From Antedon mediterranea (taxonomy: Eukaryota; Animalia; Echinodermata): a stretch of DNA of 64,000 nucleotides. Numbering within the stretch: the stretch's first letter is position 1; each line of letters starts with the position of its first letter. Below are positions 1 to 13,460 of this stretch, piece after piece. Location of the stretch: assembly GCF_964355755.1 (NCBI RefSeq), contig NC_092677.1:12856101-12920100 (forward strand), written 5' to 3'. The translations under genes and the position numbers were made by a program. Below the pieces are notes generated by a model. The model searched no databases and was not told the origin of the DNA. It worked only from the letters and a program-made list of their open reading frames with translations.

Positions 1-96
1 GAAATAAAATGTGATAGGTCTACATTATATTATATAATCAGTACTTTTTGAAGATCTCTGGATTTCGCTCCAAATTTAAATAAAATCAAACCTTAC

Positions 97-3000
97 TAGA
101 AAAGTATTGTCGACCTTCTTGCAACGACTACAAAAAATGTTTTTAATTTCGCCGTTGAAACAGCAATGAAATAAGAAGATGAAGAATCCCTAGAATGATA
201 GTATAATAAAATGACAAAACTTAAAAAAATAGAGTTGTATTATAATGGTCGTAATACAATAAGGCGCTATTAGTATTACCGTATACTTTAACTGAAATGA
301 TACAATTTTGAAATGTGTTACATTATTACTAAAAACGAGAAATTCAATTTAGATTTATTCAAAATAGGGCTATAAATTGCATTCATCACAGTCAACATAT
401 TGTACTATATTATAGTACGTAATATAACATAACGGTACGCGTTACATAACTATATACGGAGCGAATTTGGACGTTGTTTTAGGAGACCAGTGGCCGTATT
501 CACCAATCACACTAAAGTGAGATATTTTCCTTAAAGATTAAGTATTTCACTTACCTCAATATATTTTTCCCTTAAATTGTATCCAGTAGTTACATAGGAG
601 ATTTGTTTTTAATTTTAAGGGTAGGCCTAAGTCTGGTGAATTAATACGGCCACAGGTTCTCATATCATATTATACTACTGAAGTTTTTAAACATAAAACT
701 CAGATATACGAGGCTTACCTGAAGTGAATTGAATATAGCAAATAAGTATTGAAAGAACAACGTGTCTTTGTTAAACGTGATCAAACCGAATACCCATGTT
801 AGTCCGAATATAGGCAGTAAAACTACGGCTGCGCGTAACGTACGTCTGTGTAGATACAAATACATGGAAAACGGTAAACATTTACAAAGGTAGATAAAAT
901 GCTCATTTTATCTGAAAAAAAGTATTCTCATAAACATTTTGACTTTTGTCTCCACTTTACCAGTGGACAGAGTGTGAATTGGTCAGTCTTGACGTAAAAG
1001 TCCGTCCAGATTTCGTATGATATAAACGCGAAGTAACGAACCAAATGTTTGTCTGGTCCAAAGTAAAAGGTTTTAAACACGCCCCCATATCTTGCTCTCT
1101 CTACTTTATTTCAAATAAATCAAACTTTTACCGTATTTGTTCTCTTTTTGGCTTCGACTTGATTGACTTCACATTAGTGAATGTCTTTAGGACAATTGCA
1201 ATAAACATTGTATTTAACTGAAAGAAAAACACAATGTAACTGTCATGTTAACAGGTTATTATAACATGCAATAAAACGCTCAAAATATAATAAGTATAGT
1301 ACATTCTTGTAGGCGTATAAAAACATTTTACGGTTAATTATTTAAATGTTCGAAAGTTAAAGAAAATTGTCCCGGAATTCTGTTGGCAATTTATCCTACT
1401 CATAGTCAATGTGTATATTTAATGCGAAGCATTAGTTACAACGTCACTCAACTATTGACCAATCAGAGGTCAAATCCATACATACCGATATAATGGCTAT
1501 AACTGGGGCAATAAAGGCCCAGACTGTGCCCTTATCAATGGCCAGCCAACATGCAGTATCCGTACCGTAGCCCTCAAGTCTTACAGCCATGGTTATAATC
1601 ACTATGATTGCAGGAACTCCTATCAAATAGATACTGGATATCAGAAAATAAAATATATGTACACAAAATGTCCTATTACTTAGTACCTATTATAAAAGGA
1701 CACATTTGAGACCCAGCAAATTTTCGATTAAATAGGAGTTTCCCTTGAATTGGAATGTCCCAGAGGAGAGGTTCTACTTCTAGATAAAAACATAAAGCGG
1801 CTAAAACAACCGTTTAAATGCAATGTTATCGCTATACTTTTGCAAGATAAAAAAATGCTTACCCCATCCTATTGGGTAGTAAACATTGAAATGTCTCTTC
1901 GATCGTTGATTCAAATTGCGTACTTTACTGTACATATGCATCGCTTCCACCGCCATCCACATGAACACCACAAGGAAGAAATAATGCATGAAAATGGCGA
2001 TACCAGTGCACACATTCTGAACGGGAAAAAGTGTAAAGGAAATTTTAATTACTTTAATATACATTTGCGGAACTATGGTATCATCCCAAAAATATGTTAT
2101 ATACTGGGATTATTTTAATTAACTTAATTGTCATCTATTATACATATTTATTTGATATGCGCTTACTTTATCATCGGTTTGCTCGATTCCAAATAGAAAC
2201 AATGAATCTGCTATTATCAAGGCGATCACGAGGTTGATGTGAATCGACGTGCATTCATAATTCAATCGTCTGAAACGACAATATCATTATCAGCAATAAT
2301 AATATTGATGATGATAAATGATGACGATGATGTTGATACCATGGAGGAAAGTTATACCTGATTGTGGTATTATCAAGTTACATGTTCCTTAATTAAAGTT
2401 ACAATTTCAATAGACAATTTCCAAGGACATTATGGAAATTACTAAATTTAGACAATATTTACCTAATACTTGGGGAAAACGATCAAATTTATATCACACG
2501 TTACCTACACATTATCTAAATTGGATTGTTGTCTTTAGGTCCACCATGTAATTAAGCTAATAGATTTTAAGTGTCTTCAATATTAGTATCTATAGCAACT
2601 TAATAGTTTGAACATTGGAAGTATCATTTTACAATTTTATTTTTCAATGAGCTAATTCATCGGGGTTTAGTAAAAGAGTTCATTTTCTTTATTATTTGCA
2701 TTAGTTCTGCTAAAGCTTGGTTTCCACTAGGACGCAATGCAAGGACGTAAGCGTAAAGTAGAAGAATTGTCGCTTGTGATTGGTCAACTCACTTTCGTTG
2801 CTATTCATACTAATATCAATATGCCACTTACTTGAAGTAAACTATCATTATAATAAGAGTTATAATTAAAGCGAATAAAGACAGTGAAAGTCCAACGTAT
2901 GTTATTATACTCAATGCGGCCTCATTCACATCACCAATCTAAAATAAATGAAATCACATATATATCTTAATATACAACTATTTTGTACATGATTTATGGC

Positions 3001-6000
3001 GTGTCTCGGACTGGTTTGCGTATCTACGCAAACGATAGGCGTTTTTTGCATAATACGCAATATAATCACCAATTGATTCGAACTAGGTCCTATAGGAAAA
3101 TAGGCCTAAGCGCTTTACCGGATAGGAATACCACTATTATTAAATACAAATATATATTATAACTTAAAATAAAAGATTAAAAAAAATATGACAGGTAAGT
3201 TAGGCCTACTCTACCTGTACATCAGTGGCTTGTAGAAGAATAGAAAAGCTGGTTAAGTGGTAACAGTGACACGTGGTATGGGTTCGATTCACTTTACTGA
3301 CATTGCATCCATCTGATGACCACACCCCTTCTGCTGAGTACCTGAATGTTATTGATAATATTGGGTACGCTTGTTAAATCAATACAAAAGTTCATAATGA
3401 GACAATATGATTCTGTTCTCTTATATCCTGCAACCATCTTTTAGTTTAGATTAACAAGAAATGTCAATTCATAAAGAGATCTTGTCATTTTCTTTTATAT
3501 TTAAAAGGTGAAAACACAACTTTGTACAAAAGCAAAATATCAAGATTAAACACGAACGAAAATAGCAAGATACTTCTATAACGTGTTACAAAATAAATAA
3601 ACACATACAGTTAAAATACATGTTTATGAGTTATCTTACGTTTCGTTGTATTTCCAATAAACACAATGAGTTCCTGATTCTGTTGCATCCTACGTAAAAA
3701 TGATTTTAAAAATCTCGATTAAACTTGTTATTAATATAAGAAATGAATACAATGTTGTATTAAATCAGCCAACAACAATCTTCTTGATACAAAGCAACAA
3801 AAAGACGACGCGCGCGTACAAATCGCATTGTTATCCGTATTTGTACACGCTGGTATTGTCTCTGATGATAGTATGGTAAATGTATAATATTGTATTTAAT
3901 ATCCGGGCCAATATGGAAATAAAAGATGATTGTAATTTAATATTATACTTAATGATAATCATAATAGTATTTTTTGTTAGTAGGTTTGAAAGAATATTGC
4001 ATCGAATATAAATTATTCTTTACCTGATCCAAGTTTTCGAACACAATTTCTATAGGTTCGTCAAAAATCAATGGTTCTTCATTATCCAACTGAACAGTGA
4101 TAGATATCATCCGTCCGTTTACAGTGTACGTTTCATTCCTACAAATTGTACAATTTTAATAAAGGTTTGAATGGGTAAATATCATCATTAATCATCTTGT
4201 TTGTCTACTGTGCATAAATATAGCAAATGGTAGAGCATAGGTTATTAAACTCTGTTCATTCTATTCATTTTCACCAATATTGAGATGGATTTCTGTTTTA
4301 TTTGATAACTGCTATTATCATCATTTTATAATTTGGCATAGTTCATCCTATCTATCCTAACTGTATGATCAGAGAGATGTGCTGGTATGATAAAACTAAA
4401 TGGTAACGTAATGTAAGAATGTTTTTGTTTAACATAGCTAATCAGTATGCCATCAAAAATATAAAGTGTATGGTATGACTCACTCTTCTCCTGTTTCCAG
4501 TAACGCATTAAGATTATGACCAAACTCTGAATATATGACGTGAGATATCGCAATATCATCTTTAAAACAAGTGAAAATTAAAAATAAAATTCATAAAAAA
4601 ATATCAACGTAATAAAACCAGAACAAGATTATTTGAACGTAAAACTTAAATTCTTTAAACGATGCCTAGATGGAAACCATGTATATAACAGTAACCTGTA
4701 AAGTTGTCTGCAACAGCCGTTTTGGGAATGTCAACGCGCACTTGATTTGCTTGATGAACCGAGCCTTCGTACACCAACCCATTATCTACCGATATTATCA
4801 CATCTAAAAGTTGAAAAATTTGATATAATTAAAACAACGATTTTGTAAAGATACTTAACAAATGAAACATTCAGTGCAGTGAGTGTGTTCGTCTAAAACT
4901 GAAAGAACAACAATTCAGCATCAACAATAATATTCAGCAACAACAAGTTAGCAACAATACTATTCAGCAACAACAGCAATTCAGCAACAACAAGTTAGCA
5001 ACAATAATACTCAGCAATAACAACAATTCACCAACAACAGCAATTCACCAACAACAGCAATTCACCAACAACAGCAATTCACCAACTAAACAACAAATTA
5101 GCAACAATAATACTCAACAATAACAACAATTCACCAACAATAATTCACCAACAACAGCAATTCACCAGCAACAATTCAACAACAAAAAGAATTCAGCAAC
5201 AACAATTTTCAGTAAACAAAAACAATTCAGCAACAACTCGAGATGTGGACATACTTACCAAATCCAACACACGACGCAGTGATTGTGATGGTCTCATTCG
5301 AAGCGTCTTTGATACTATTTGCCAAAAGTGATACCGTATCCTCAATTTCGTATATCAAAGTACTTAAATCATCAGAGGAACTCTTAGAGAAAACAAACAA
5401 TACTTCTCTTTATATTTATATACTTTTTTTGACTGTCTGCCAAATATCTGTTTTATTGTTTCTCTGTTCATTTCCGTTTAATCGTAATGGCAATTCGATT
5501 TTTACTTGTCGTTAACTTACTCGTTACTTATTTGAATTTCGTTTTTTTCCATTCTAGATGATAATTTAAAACACGATTTTATATAATAATAAGAAAATAA
5601 GAAATATAAAGAAAGAAACATTACCGTATCTGTTTCATTTACTATTGAATCGAAGTCATCAACAACATCCTGGAAAGCCAAAAAATGCCTTTTATTGTAT
5701 CGTATTCTTTTAGAAAGACTAACTTGATATTAACAAAATAATGTCGCCACTTACTTCAAGCATAAATTGTGTTCATTCTTTATATTACACAGTTTTCAAT
5801 GTTTATTGATTGATAACAGAAAGACCAGACAATATCTAAAGTGTAGTTTGAAGTCAATGATTTTTTTCAAATAAAGTTTTCATGAACATCAATGCAGTAA
5901 GAATTAATGCAGTAAGAGATAAAAAAAAGAAATATTGAAATATCGAATACGAAACCACTTCTAATACCAACTTCTTCCCAATTAAGTGTAATATTAACTT

Positions 6001-9000
6001 CCAATTTTTTTCAACTATTATAAAAGAAATATATCACAACTGAACCTCAACAAACTCAGTCTTCTCATGTTTGCTTCTAAGCTCAGAAGGTGGTTTATCC
6101 GCAATCTTGTTCTTCACCTCCATAGTTGATTCTTTTATCTTTTCATGCTCGTTCATTTTACTATCATCTGGTCTGGTGCCATTATTACCAGGAGGGGCTG
6201 AAAAAATTAATATGACCACGACAGTCACATTATTTTAATGATTTCATGCACAGCCTCATACCTGCTATGCATTATACAACAACAACATACGGTACCCCGC
6301 ACAAAACAAACTTACGTGTTACACTTCCACTAATATTATCAGTATGCAACGGTGGGTCTCGTGAGCTTGGTGGTGGTGGTGGTGGTGGGGATTGGTAATT
6401 GGTCGGTGGTTGGTGGCTGGCATGTGGTTGGTGGTAGTTTGTGATGGCTGTTAATCTTTTCTCTGTAGTAGTTTCGTCTTCTTGATCACCCGCAATAATT
6501 GTACCAAACGTCATGCCAACAGACGAGTATACGCCAACGTTCTTGTACGATCCTGCAATAAATTTGTCAATGATATTCGCAAATTCGAGAAGAACTTGCG
6601 TGGAACTAAAAGAATATTAGAAGGATGCAAGAAATATGGATTACTCTATAGTCTAAATAATAATAGACCGCTTCCGGTGTCATTCAGCCGATTTTCAGTA
6701 CTTGATCTATAATTTGAACAATTATCATGGGCAAATGCTGTGATACAGTGTCACATATGACGCCTACCATCGGCAATAAGCCCTAACGATAACATACCAT
6801 AATACAGCCCCGCATGTGATATTTTCATATGGACATAATATAATACAGATAATGGATTGATTGTCATTTAATTAATTAAATTTGTTTATTATACTAGTAG
6901 TGTGTTAGGTAAAAATGTCATTCATTTTCATCAAAATTAAAGAATATAATTAATCATTCATGTATTAAGTGACTAACCTGTAAAATTGGTATGAATAATA
7001 CCATCTTCACCCGTATCATTCCCTATGCCGCCCGATACATCAGTTTGCAGATGAAGATCGTCCACTTGTAAATCCAAATAAAACAATCTAATAACACCAC
7101 CTGCACCGCCTCCACCACAGTAAAAACTTTTATTTTGATGTTCGTAAGAACTAGAACCACCAGATGCATTTAGATATCCACTCTTTCCAAGTATAATCTA
7201 AACAAAATCAATAATGAATGAAATTAATAAATTATGAACTCATAGATACCGCATTTTAAAAATGTATGTAAGATTTTAAAATGTTAACAGTAATTGGTTT
7301 GTATTTGAACTTTTGGTACATGTTACTTTGCAATATTTTGTTCCTATTTTCAGAATGTTTACTAAGAGACCAGGCCTAAATAGCCTATACAGTAACCGAT
7401 GGCACGGAACTATATTTTTTATGTCCAATATATAGGAAAATTCTGTGACGTGACACAGGAACATTTATTTACAATAGCTTTTGGCAGGAAACAAATTATT
7501 TAAATATAAAAGATTTTATTTTTACAGAAAAGACACACACACACACACATCGATCTTACTGTGTCTGCTATTAGTTGTATCATACCGCCGCTACCGCCAC
7601 CTTTACAATTAACATAATCTTCAATTTGGCCATTCTCGCCGTTAGCACTCAATGAAGAATCTTTATTAAATATAAATAAACAAAATATAATTGTTTAGGC
7701 CTATTCATAATATAAAGTAATTTATTAACTAATTTATCTTTAATCAATCCGTTACTTGAATTCCACTAAAAAGAGAGGAAAAGGAGAGTGAAATAGAAAC
7801 AGGCTAAGAGAGTGGGAAGAGAGATAGAAAGAAAAGGGAAGGAAAGACAAACATATTACATTTACAAACTTACCGATGAAAATGGAATTGCTGGCTGTTA
7901 TTTGCATAGCTCCGCCACCACGTAATCTATTATGTGTATATAGACCTTCGCTTGAACCTTCGCCTGCTGTTGATGTACCTTGCTCGGACCATTCTCCTCC
8001 TTTAAAACAAAGTTTGCATAATTTGTTGTACTTTTTAGCTTTCATTGCAGTAGTTAATCCATTAATAGTTGATTTTAACTATACATATACTATAAACTCA
8101 CCAGCGCTTCCTCCAATTAACGTTTGAGTATAAGCGTATTCAGCACCATATACGTACGATACACTACCGTCAATATACGAGAAACTGGCGCCACCGGTTC
8201 CACCAAAGCCTCCCCCAGACGGAATGTTAGCCAGAAACAACGGGTCACCGGAAGCACCGCCTTCACCTGGACCACCATATTCACCTTTTAAGCGATAAAA
8301 TATTATATGATAAATTGTTAAACTTATTTTTTGTTTTGGACCAACAAAAAAATGGTGCTGGTAGGCTCGGCTGAACTACAGTTTGCGTCGTTTTCCATAC
8401 AGCTGTATTAAAATAAAAGTTCATTTTATATTTTGCTTTCTTTTGTTCTATAAATCACATTTTAATCACAGTGATGAAAGTTAATTTAAATACATTCTAC
8501 CAGACTGAGTGAACAGCAATACTTGGTATTAACACGATAAAACATTATTATTTCACAATGTCTTTAACAATTACTAGTTTAATAGCAAATCAAGGTGTAT
8601 TTTGTCGACTTGGAATAAAGATATTTTTGGAAAAAAGATAATTTCTAATCATACCTCCATAACCGCCAGCATAGTTATCGTCATTGTCGCCATTTTCTCC
8701 ATTTATATTTATAGTAACACTGATAGAAATGTTACCATTCACGTCAAACATGAACGCGTTAGGTCCTATAACTTGTATGTCCAAATCGTCACTAAACTTT
8801 ACTGATTCTGTCATGTAAAAAACCGCAATCAGGTTTTGCCATTCGCGAGAATATTCGTCAACGAAAACAGTGTTTTCGAAAAACCCATTACATTTTGAGA
8901 TGATTCGTACAGCATAGCCACCTTCAACGTACATTTCTTCAATGTATGTTTGGTTTAGAATACATCCGGTGGTGACATTAACAGCACATGGTAAAAATGA

Positions 9001-12000
9001 TGAATTGTTGGTATCATATATTAGTGATTCATTTGATAGTGATGATTCATTTGATATGTCCAAATACCAAATGACGGGGCAATCTGTGTCCACAACAAGA
9101 ACACCATTCGTTATTTCATGGAAATCTAAAAATAAAATAAGACCAATGTTGTATTGAGAAACGGCAAAATAGAATTCAATGAAGATGAAAAGACATTCAA
9201 TAAGAGTAAAAGTTTATATCACGAGCAACGTTTCTTAAAACAGGGCATAAACAAACATTTATTTTATTTCAATTGCATCCAATAGCGTGGAGCCAATTAT
9301 AAATAATAATATATAAAAAACAAATATAACAAGATTAAAATGGAAACATTCACATTATTTTAACATTGGCCTATAGCGTTTGTGCAATTTGATGTATTTT
9401 TCTTGTTGTTTTCTTTTATTGGCTGAATTATTTCAATTTTAAGTGGACCAATACACTTTTTGGAATCTTGAATCTTGGATTAAACATTGGAGCAAAATAC
9501 ACAGACTAAATGACCGACCGAAATATTTGCTTATTAAATTATCGTAGGCCTATTTTAATAACGATGATTAATTCGTTGTTATTCTGAATACGCCTGTTCT
9601 TGTTTAAACACGGTAATTTGGTTATTTTATATTATATTATACTGAATGCTTGCCTTAATTGCGGTTAATAGCTTACAAATCATATTTTTAAATTAAACAT
9701 TTTTTATTACGTCGTAATATCAAATTTTAACTACAAGGAAAAATATAACTTCCTTAATTAATTTACCCTATATTGTACGTATTTTGCATTCGATTTTTAT
9801 TAACAACATTCCTGGAGTGGATTGCCTAGATACAATGAATTAATTCGCGATGATTGGTTTGATGAATTAAATAGCTTAATATTTTCCGATTCTGTAATAA
9901 CATAAAAAGACCATATTAGTTAAAAGTCATCATCGAATAGAAATTTACCGCCTTTCATAGAACGTTTTCTAAAATTGAACCTAATTACTTGTATTAAGAC
10001 AATCACTCAAATTTGATGTGGAATTTAAAGGCGCGTTCACACCGAATCTAAAATATTTCAAGCCACATCGGTTGCGGCGTATGTCACCGTTGAGGCAAAT
10101 ATGAGACAATGTATTTGTAGGCAAAAGTAAGCAAAACGCCTGCGAAGCACAAAAAAACCCCACTTGTTTGAAGCTTTGCTCTTTAGTCTGAACGATAAAA
10201 ACACATGTAAATCACATTGTAATAATTAATTTACATATTATAAATTTAGGTGTCTGAACGTAGCTTATATGAACACATGAAAACTGAATATAGCTGCGAA
10301 AAAACGCACTCCATTATAGAAGAAGTAAACTAAAAAAAGTAACATAGTATGCGCCATTTAAGCCGGTTTTCGACTAGACAAATTTATTCGCGCGCAAATA
10401 AAAAATGTTCATTAATGCGCATGCGTATTAATATTTTTGTGACGTTGAAAAATGAGCGACCAATCATAACTAATGTTAATAGAATAGAAAATAGAATTCA
10501 ATGAAGATGAAAAGACATTCAATAAGAGTAAAAGTTTATATCACGAGCAACGTTTCTTAAAACAGGGCATAAACAAACATTTATTTTATTTCAATTGCAT
10601 CCAATAGCGTGGAGCCAATTATAAATAATAATATATAAAAAACAAATATAACAAGATTAAAATGGAAACATTCACATTATTTTAACATTGGCCTATAGCG
10701 TTTGTGCAATTTGATGTATTTTTCTTGTTGTTTTCTTTTATTGGCTGAATTATTTCAATTTTAAGTGGAGCAATACACTTTTTGGAATCTTGAATCTTGG
10801 ATTAAACATTGGAGCAAAATACACAGACTAAATGACCGACCGAAATATTTGCTTATTAAATTATCGTAGGCCTATTTTAATAACGATGATTAATTCGTTG
10901 TTATTCTGAATACGCCTGTTCTTGTTTAAACACGGTAATTTGGTTATTTTATATTATATTATACTGAATGCTTGGCTTAATTGCGGTTAATAATTTACAA
11001 ATCATATTTTTAAATTAAACATTTTTTATTACGTCGTAATATCAAATTTTAACTACAAGGAAAAATATAACTTCCTTAATTAATTTACCCTATATTGTAC
11101 GTATTTTGCATTCGATTTTTATTAACAACATTCCTGGAGTGGATTGCCTAGATACAATGAATTAATTCGCGATGATTGGTTTGATGAAATAAATAGCTTA
11201 ATATTTTCCGATTCTGTAATAACATAAAAAGACCATATTAGTTAAAAGTCATCATCGAATAGAAATTTACCGCCTTTCATAGAACGTTTTCTAAAATTGA
11301 ACCTAATTACTTGTATTAAGACAATCACTCAAATTTGATGTGGAATTTAAAGGCGCGTTCACACCGAATCTAAAATATTTCAAGCCACATCGGTTGCGGC
11401 GTATGTCACCGTTGAGGCAAATATGAGACAATGTATTTGTAGGCAAAAGTAAGCAAAACGCCTGCGAAGCACAAAAAAAACCCCACTTGTTTGAAGCTTT
11501 GCTCTTTAGTCTGAACGATAAAAACACATGTAAATCACATTGTAATAATTAATTTACATATTATAAATTTAGGTGTCTGAACGTAGCTTATATGAACACA
11601 TGAAAACTGAATATAGCTGCGAAAAAACGCACTCCATTATAGAAGAAGTAAACTAAAAAAAGTAACATAGTATGCGCCATTTAAGCCGGTTTTCGACTAG
11701 ACAAATTTATTCGCGCGCAAATAAAAAATGTTCATTAATGCGCATGCGTATTAATATTTTTGTGACGTTGAAAAATGAGCGACCAATCATAACTAATGTT
11801 CAATTCGCGCGAATAAATTCGGTAACGGAAAACAGGCTTTACGTGTATCTGACGCACGCACCCATACACAAAAGTCATTTATCAAAAGTCTGGACTTGGC
11901 ATTGGATTAGATGAATTAAGTGAATCGATCTTATTCAGATTAGACATTATCGTTGAAATAATTCGCCCTTGAATAGCAGGAATATTACAATAGAAAGAAA

Positions 12001-13117
12001 TTATAAATTAGAAACTAATGTGTTCTTTAATAGTCATAAACCGGAGTGCTTTCATGTGTTCAATACATAATTTTGATCAAGTAATTAACCTTTTTTAAGT
12101 TAATATCACCAAGTAATTAGGCATATCTGTTCGATATGATCAACTCTATCCAAGAGCGCGAAAAACATTTGGGTTGCCAAGATAGTAGTAATAATGATAC
12201 AACTTAATCAATGTTAATAATAATAATAATGCCGCAATTGCAGAAACGTTTCAAACTATTAGGCCTAAAGACATTAATTTCTTATTTCAAGATATTACAA
12301 CTTTTCTTTGTTGCGTTTGTGCTGATAACCAAACTCGTCTTATTGGAGACGAGTTAAGATCTAGTTTTGTTGATAATTGTTAAAACGAATTTATGATAGC
12401 AAATACTAACAGAGGTAGATAATAATGATAATTCATTTTTATCATTGTAGGCAAGTTATTGTTTAATTGAGCACGTGTGTAAAGAGTGAAGTAAAAAAAA
12501 AGATATACATGTATTTGTGAGAGAACGAAAACGATTTTTTACGCTTATCGATTTTAGAATCTACTTTTTAGCTTAAGTTTTTATTATTATTGCAGGTAAA
12601 TGAATTGTATAATAAAGTGGAACATAATGTTTCTTAGAGCTCTTTCTTACACTATCAAACTTTATGTAAAAACAAATGTGATGTGCCCATATATGGACAT
12701 GATGATGCCATATCACTACCATATTTGGGCACATCAGTAAAGATATAATGGTTTACTCACCATCTGACGGTTCATCAAAATAACTTCGGACGATTAAAAT
12801 CTAGAAATATAGGAATAAAGAATAAACTTAAAACTTGATGTTGAACTCTTAAAAAATATTGTTATGATCATGTTGAATTTTAATATCTTTTCATTTTGTG
12901 TTTGATCAAATAAAAATGAATTGAAACTTACTAAAAACCTTAAAAATAAAAGAAATTAATTTCAGGTTATATAGTTTTTATGTGTATTTTTGCACCGTGC
13001 CTTTTAGGCGAGGTGGAAGTAGTCTGCCTGGTGGTTATAAAGATATTAGTTTAAACTTACATTTGAAACAAGGCACATGCCTACTACCATATGAAATATT
13101 GTTGCAATCCTCATCAT
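97..13117 (-). CDS. Adhesion GPCR paralog A (signal peptide, Gly-rich ectodomain, Pro-rich stalk, GAIN/GPS, 7TM); 23 coding exons in window (about 1012 aa), final exon beyond the left edge
   Basis: Phase-consistent GT-AG exons: 13117-13061 (MMRIATIFHMVVGMCLVSN), 12800-12761, 9125-8655, 8284-8102, 7999-7874, 7660-7560, 7197-6978, 6552-6316, 6197-6046, 5669-5625, 5382-5259, 4803-4696, 4559-4484, 4138-4024, 3689-3640 (HCVYW), 3341-3215 (WSSDGC...TCHCYHL|TSFSILLQ), 2938-2832 (TM1), 2269-2167 (IHINL), 2016-1863, 1619-1486 (GYGTDTACWL), 1217-1132, 845-719 (LLPIFGLTWVFG), 189-97 (GFFIFLFHC). These are classic GPS and 7tm_2 motifs, with no stops found. Confidence 0.92.
486..656. mobile_element. MITE family with GTGGCCGTATTCACC termini
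   Basis: Inverted termini, with a closely similar second copy at 46731-46900. Confidence 0.75.
4905..5237. repeat. CAA-rich degenerate tandem repeat (AACAGCAATTCACC-like)
   Basis: Reiterated CAACAACAGCAATTCA(C/G)C units inside an intron of aGPCR A. Confidence 0.9.
9166..11800. repeat. Near-perfect tandem duplication, unit about 1.32 kb, in intron 2 of aGPCR A
   Basis: 9166-10477 matches 10488-11800 with only a handful of substitutions and one homopolymer indel. A 10-bp junction insert AATAGAATAG separates the copies. Confidence 0.95.
11683..11839. mobile_element. MITE family AAGCC(T/G)GTTTTC...GAAAACAGGCTT (Harbinger-like)
   Basis: Inverted termini with internal GTGACG and CCAATCA. Other copies at about 10360-10477 (truncated), 18915-19045, 20704-20844, 23508-23688 and 27434-27587. 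Confidence 0.7.
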
Positions 13118-13460
13118 AATACTGTATCTAAAATAAAAGTTTCAAATAATTAAACCTAGACTTGTAAACGTTTGATTGCTTTTATTACTTAGCCCGTAAC
13201 AAAATGATATAAATATATACGTGTACTTAAAATTCACGTATAAAGACAAAATGTACAATACCTTATGCTACAATCGATATCATACGAACCATGGTATTTT
13301 AATTTAGATTTGTTCGTTAAATTACCTTATTGATTGAACTGTAACGATAATAAGCTCATACATAATCGAATATTAAAGAATATTATTGTATACAAACTCT
13401 TACAGTATTATCATACCTCATAGAATTACATTCGTATGCATGCATTAAGTATAAAACTAT

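Noticed and set aside
1750-2118. Plus-strand ORFs antisense to aGPCR or SNX exons (also 18074-18400, 26556-26942, 34979-35266)
   Set aside because: Shadow ORFs of real minus-strand exons.
9981-11527. Duplicated 60-74 aa ORF (FFCASQAFCLL...)
   Set aside because: The identity simply reflects the 1.3-kb duplication. It has no recognisable motif and does not fit the aGPCR exon chain, and B lacks it.
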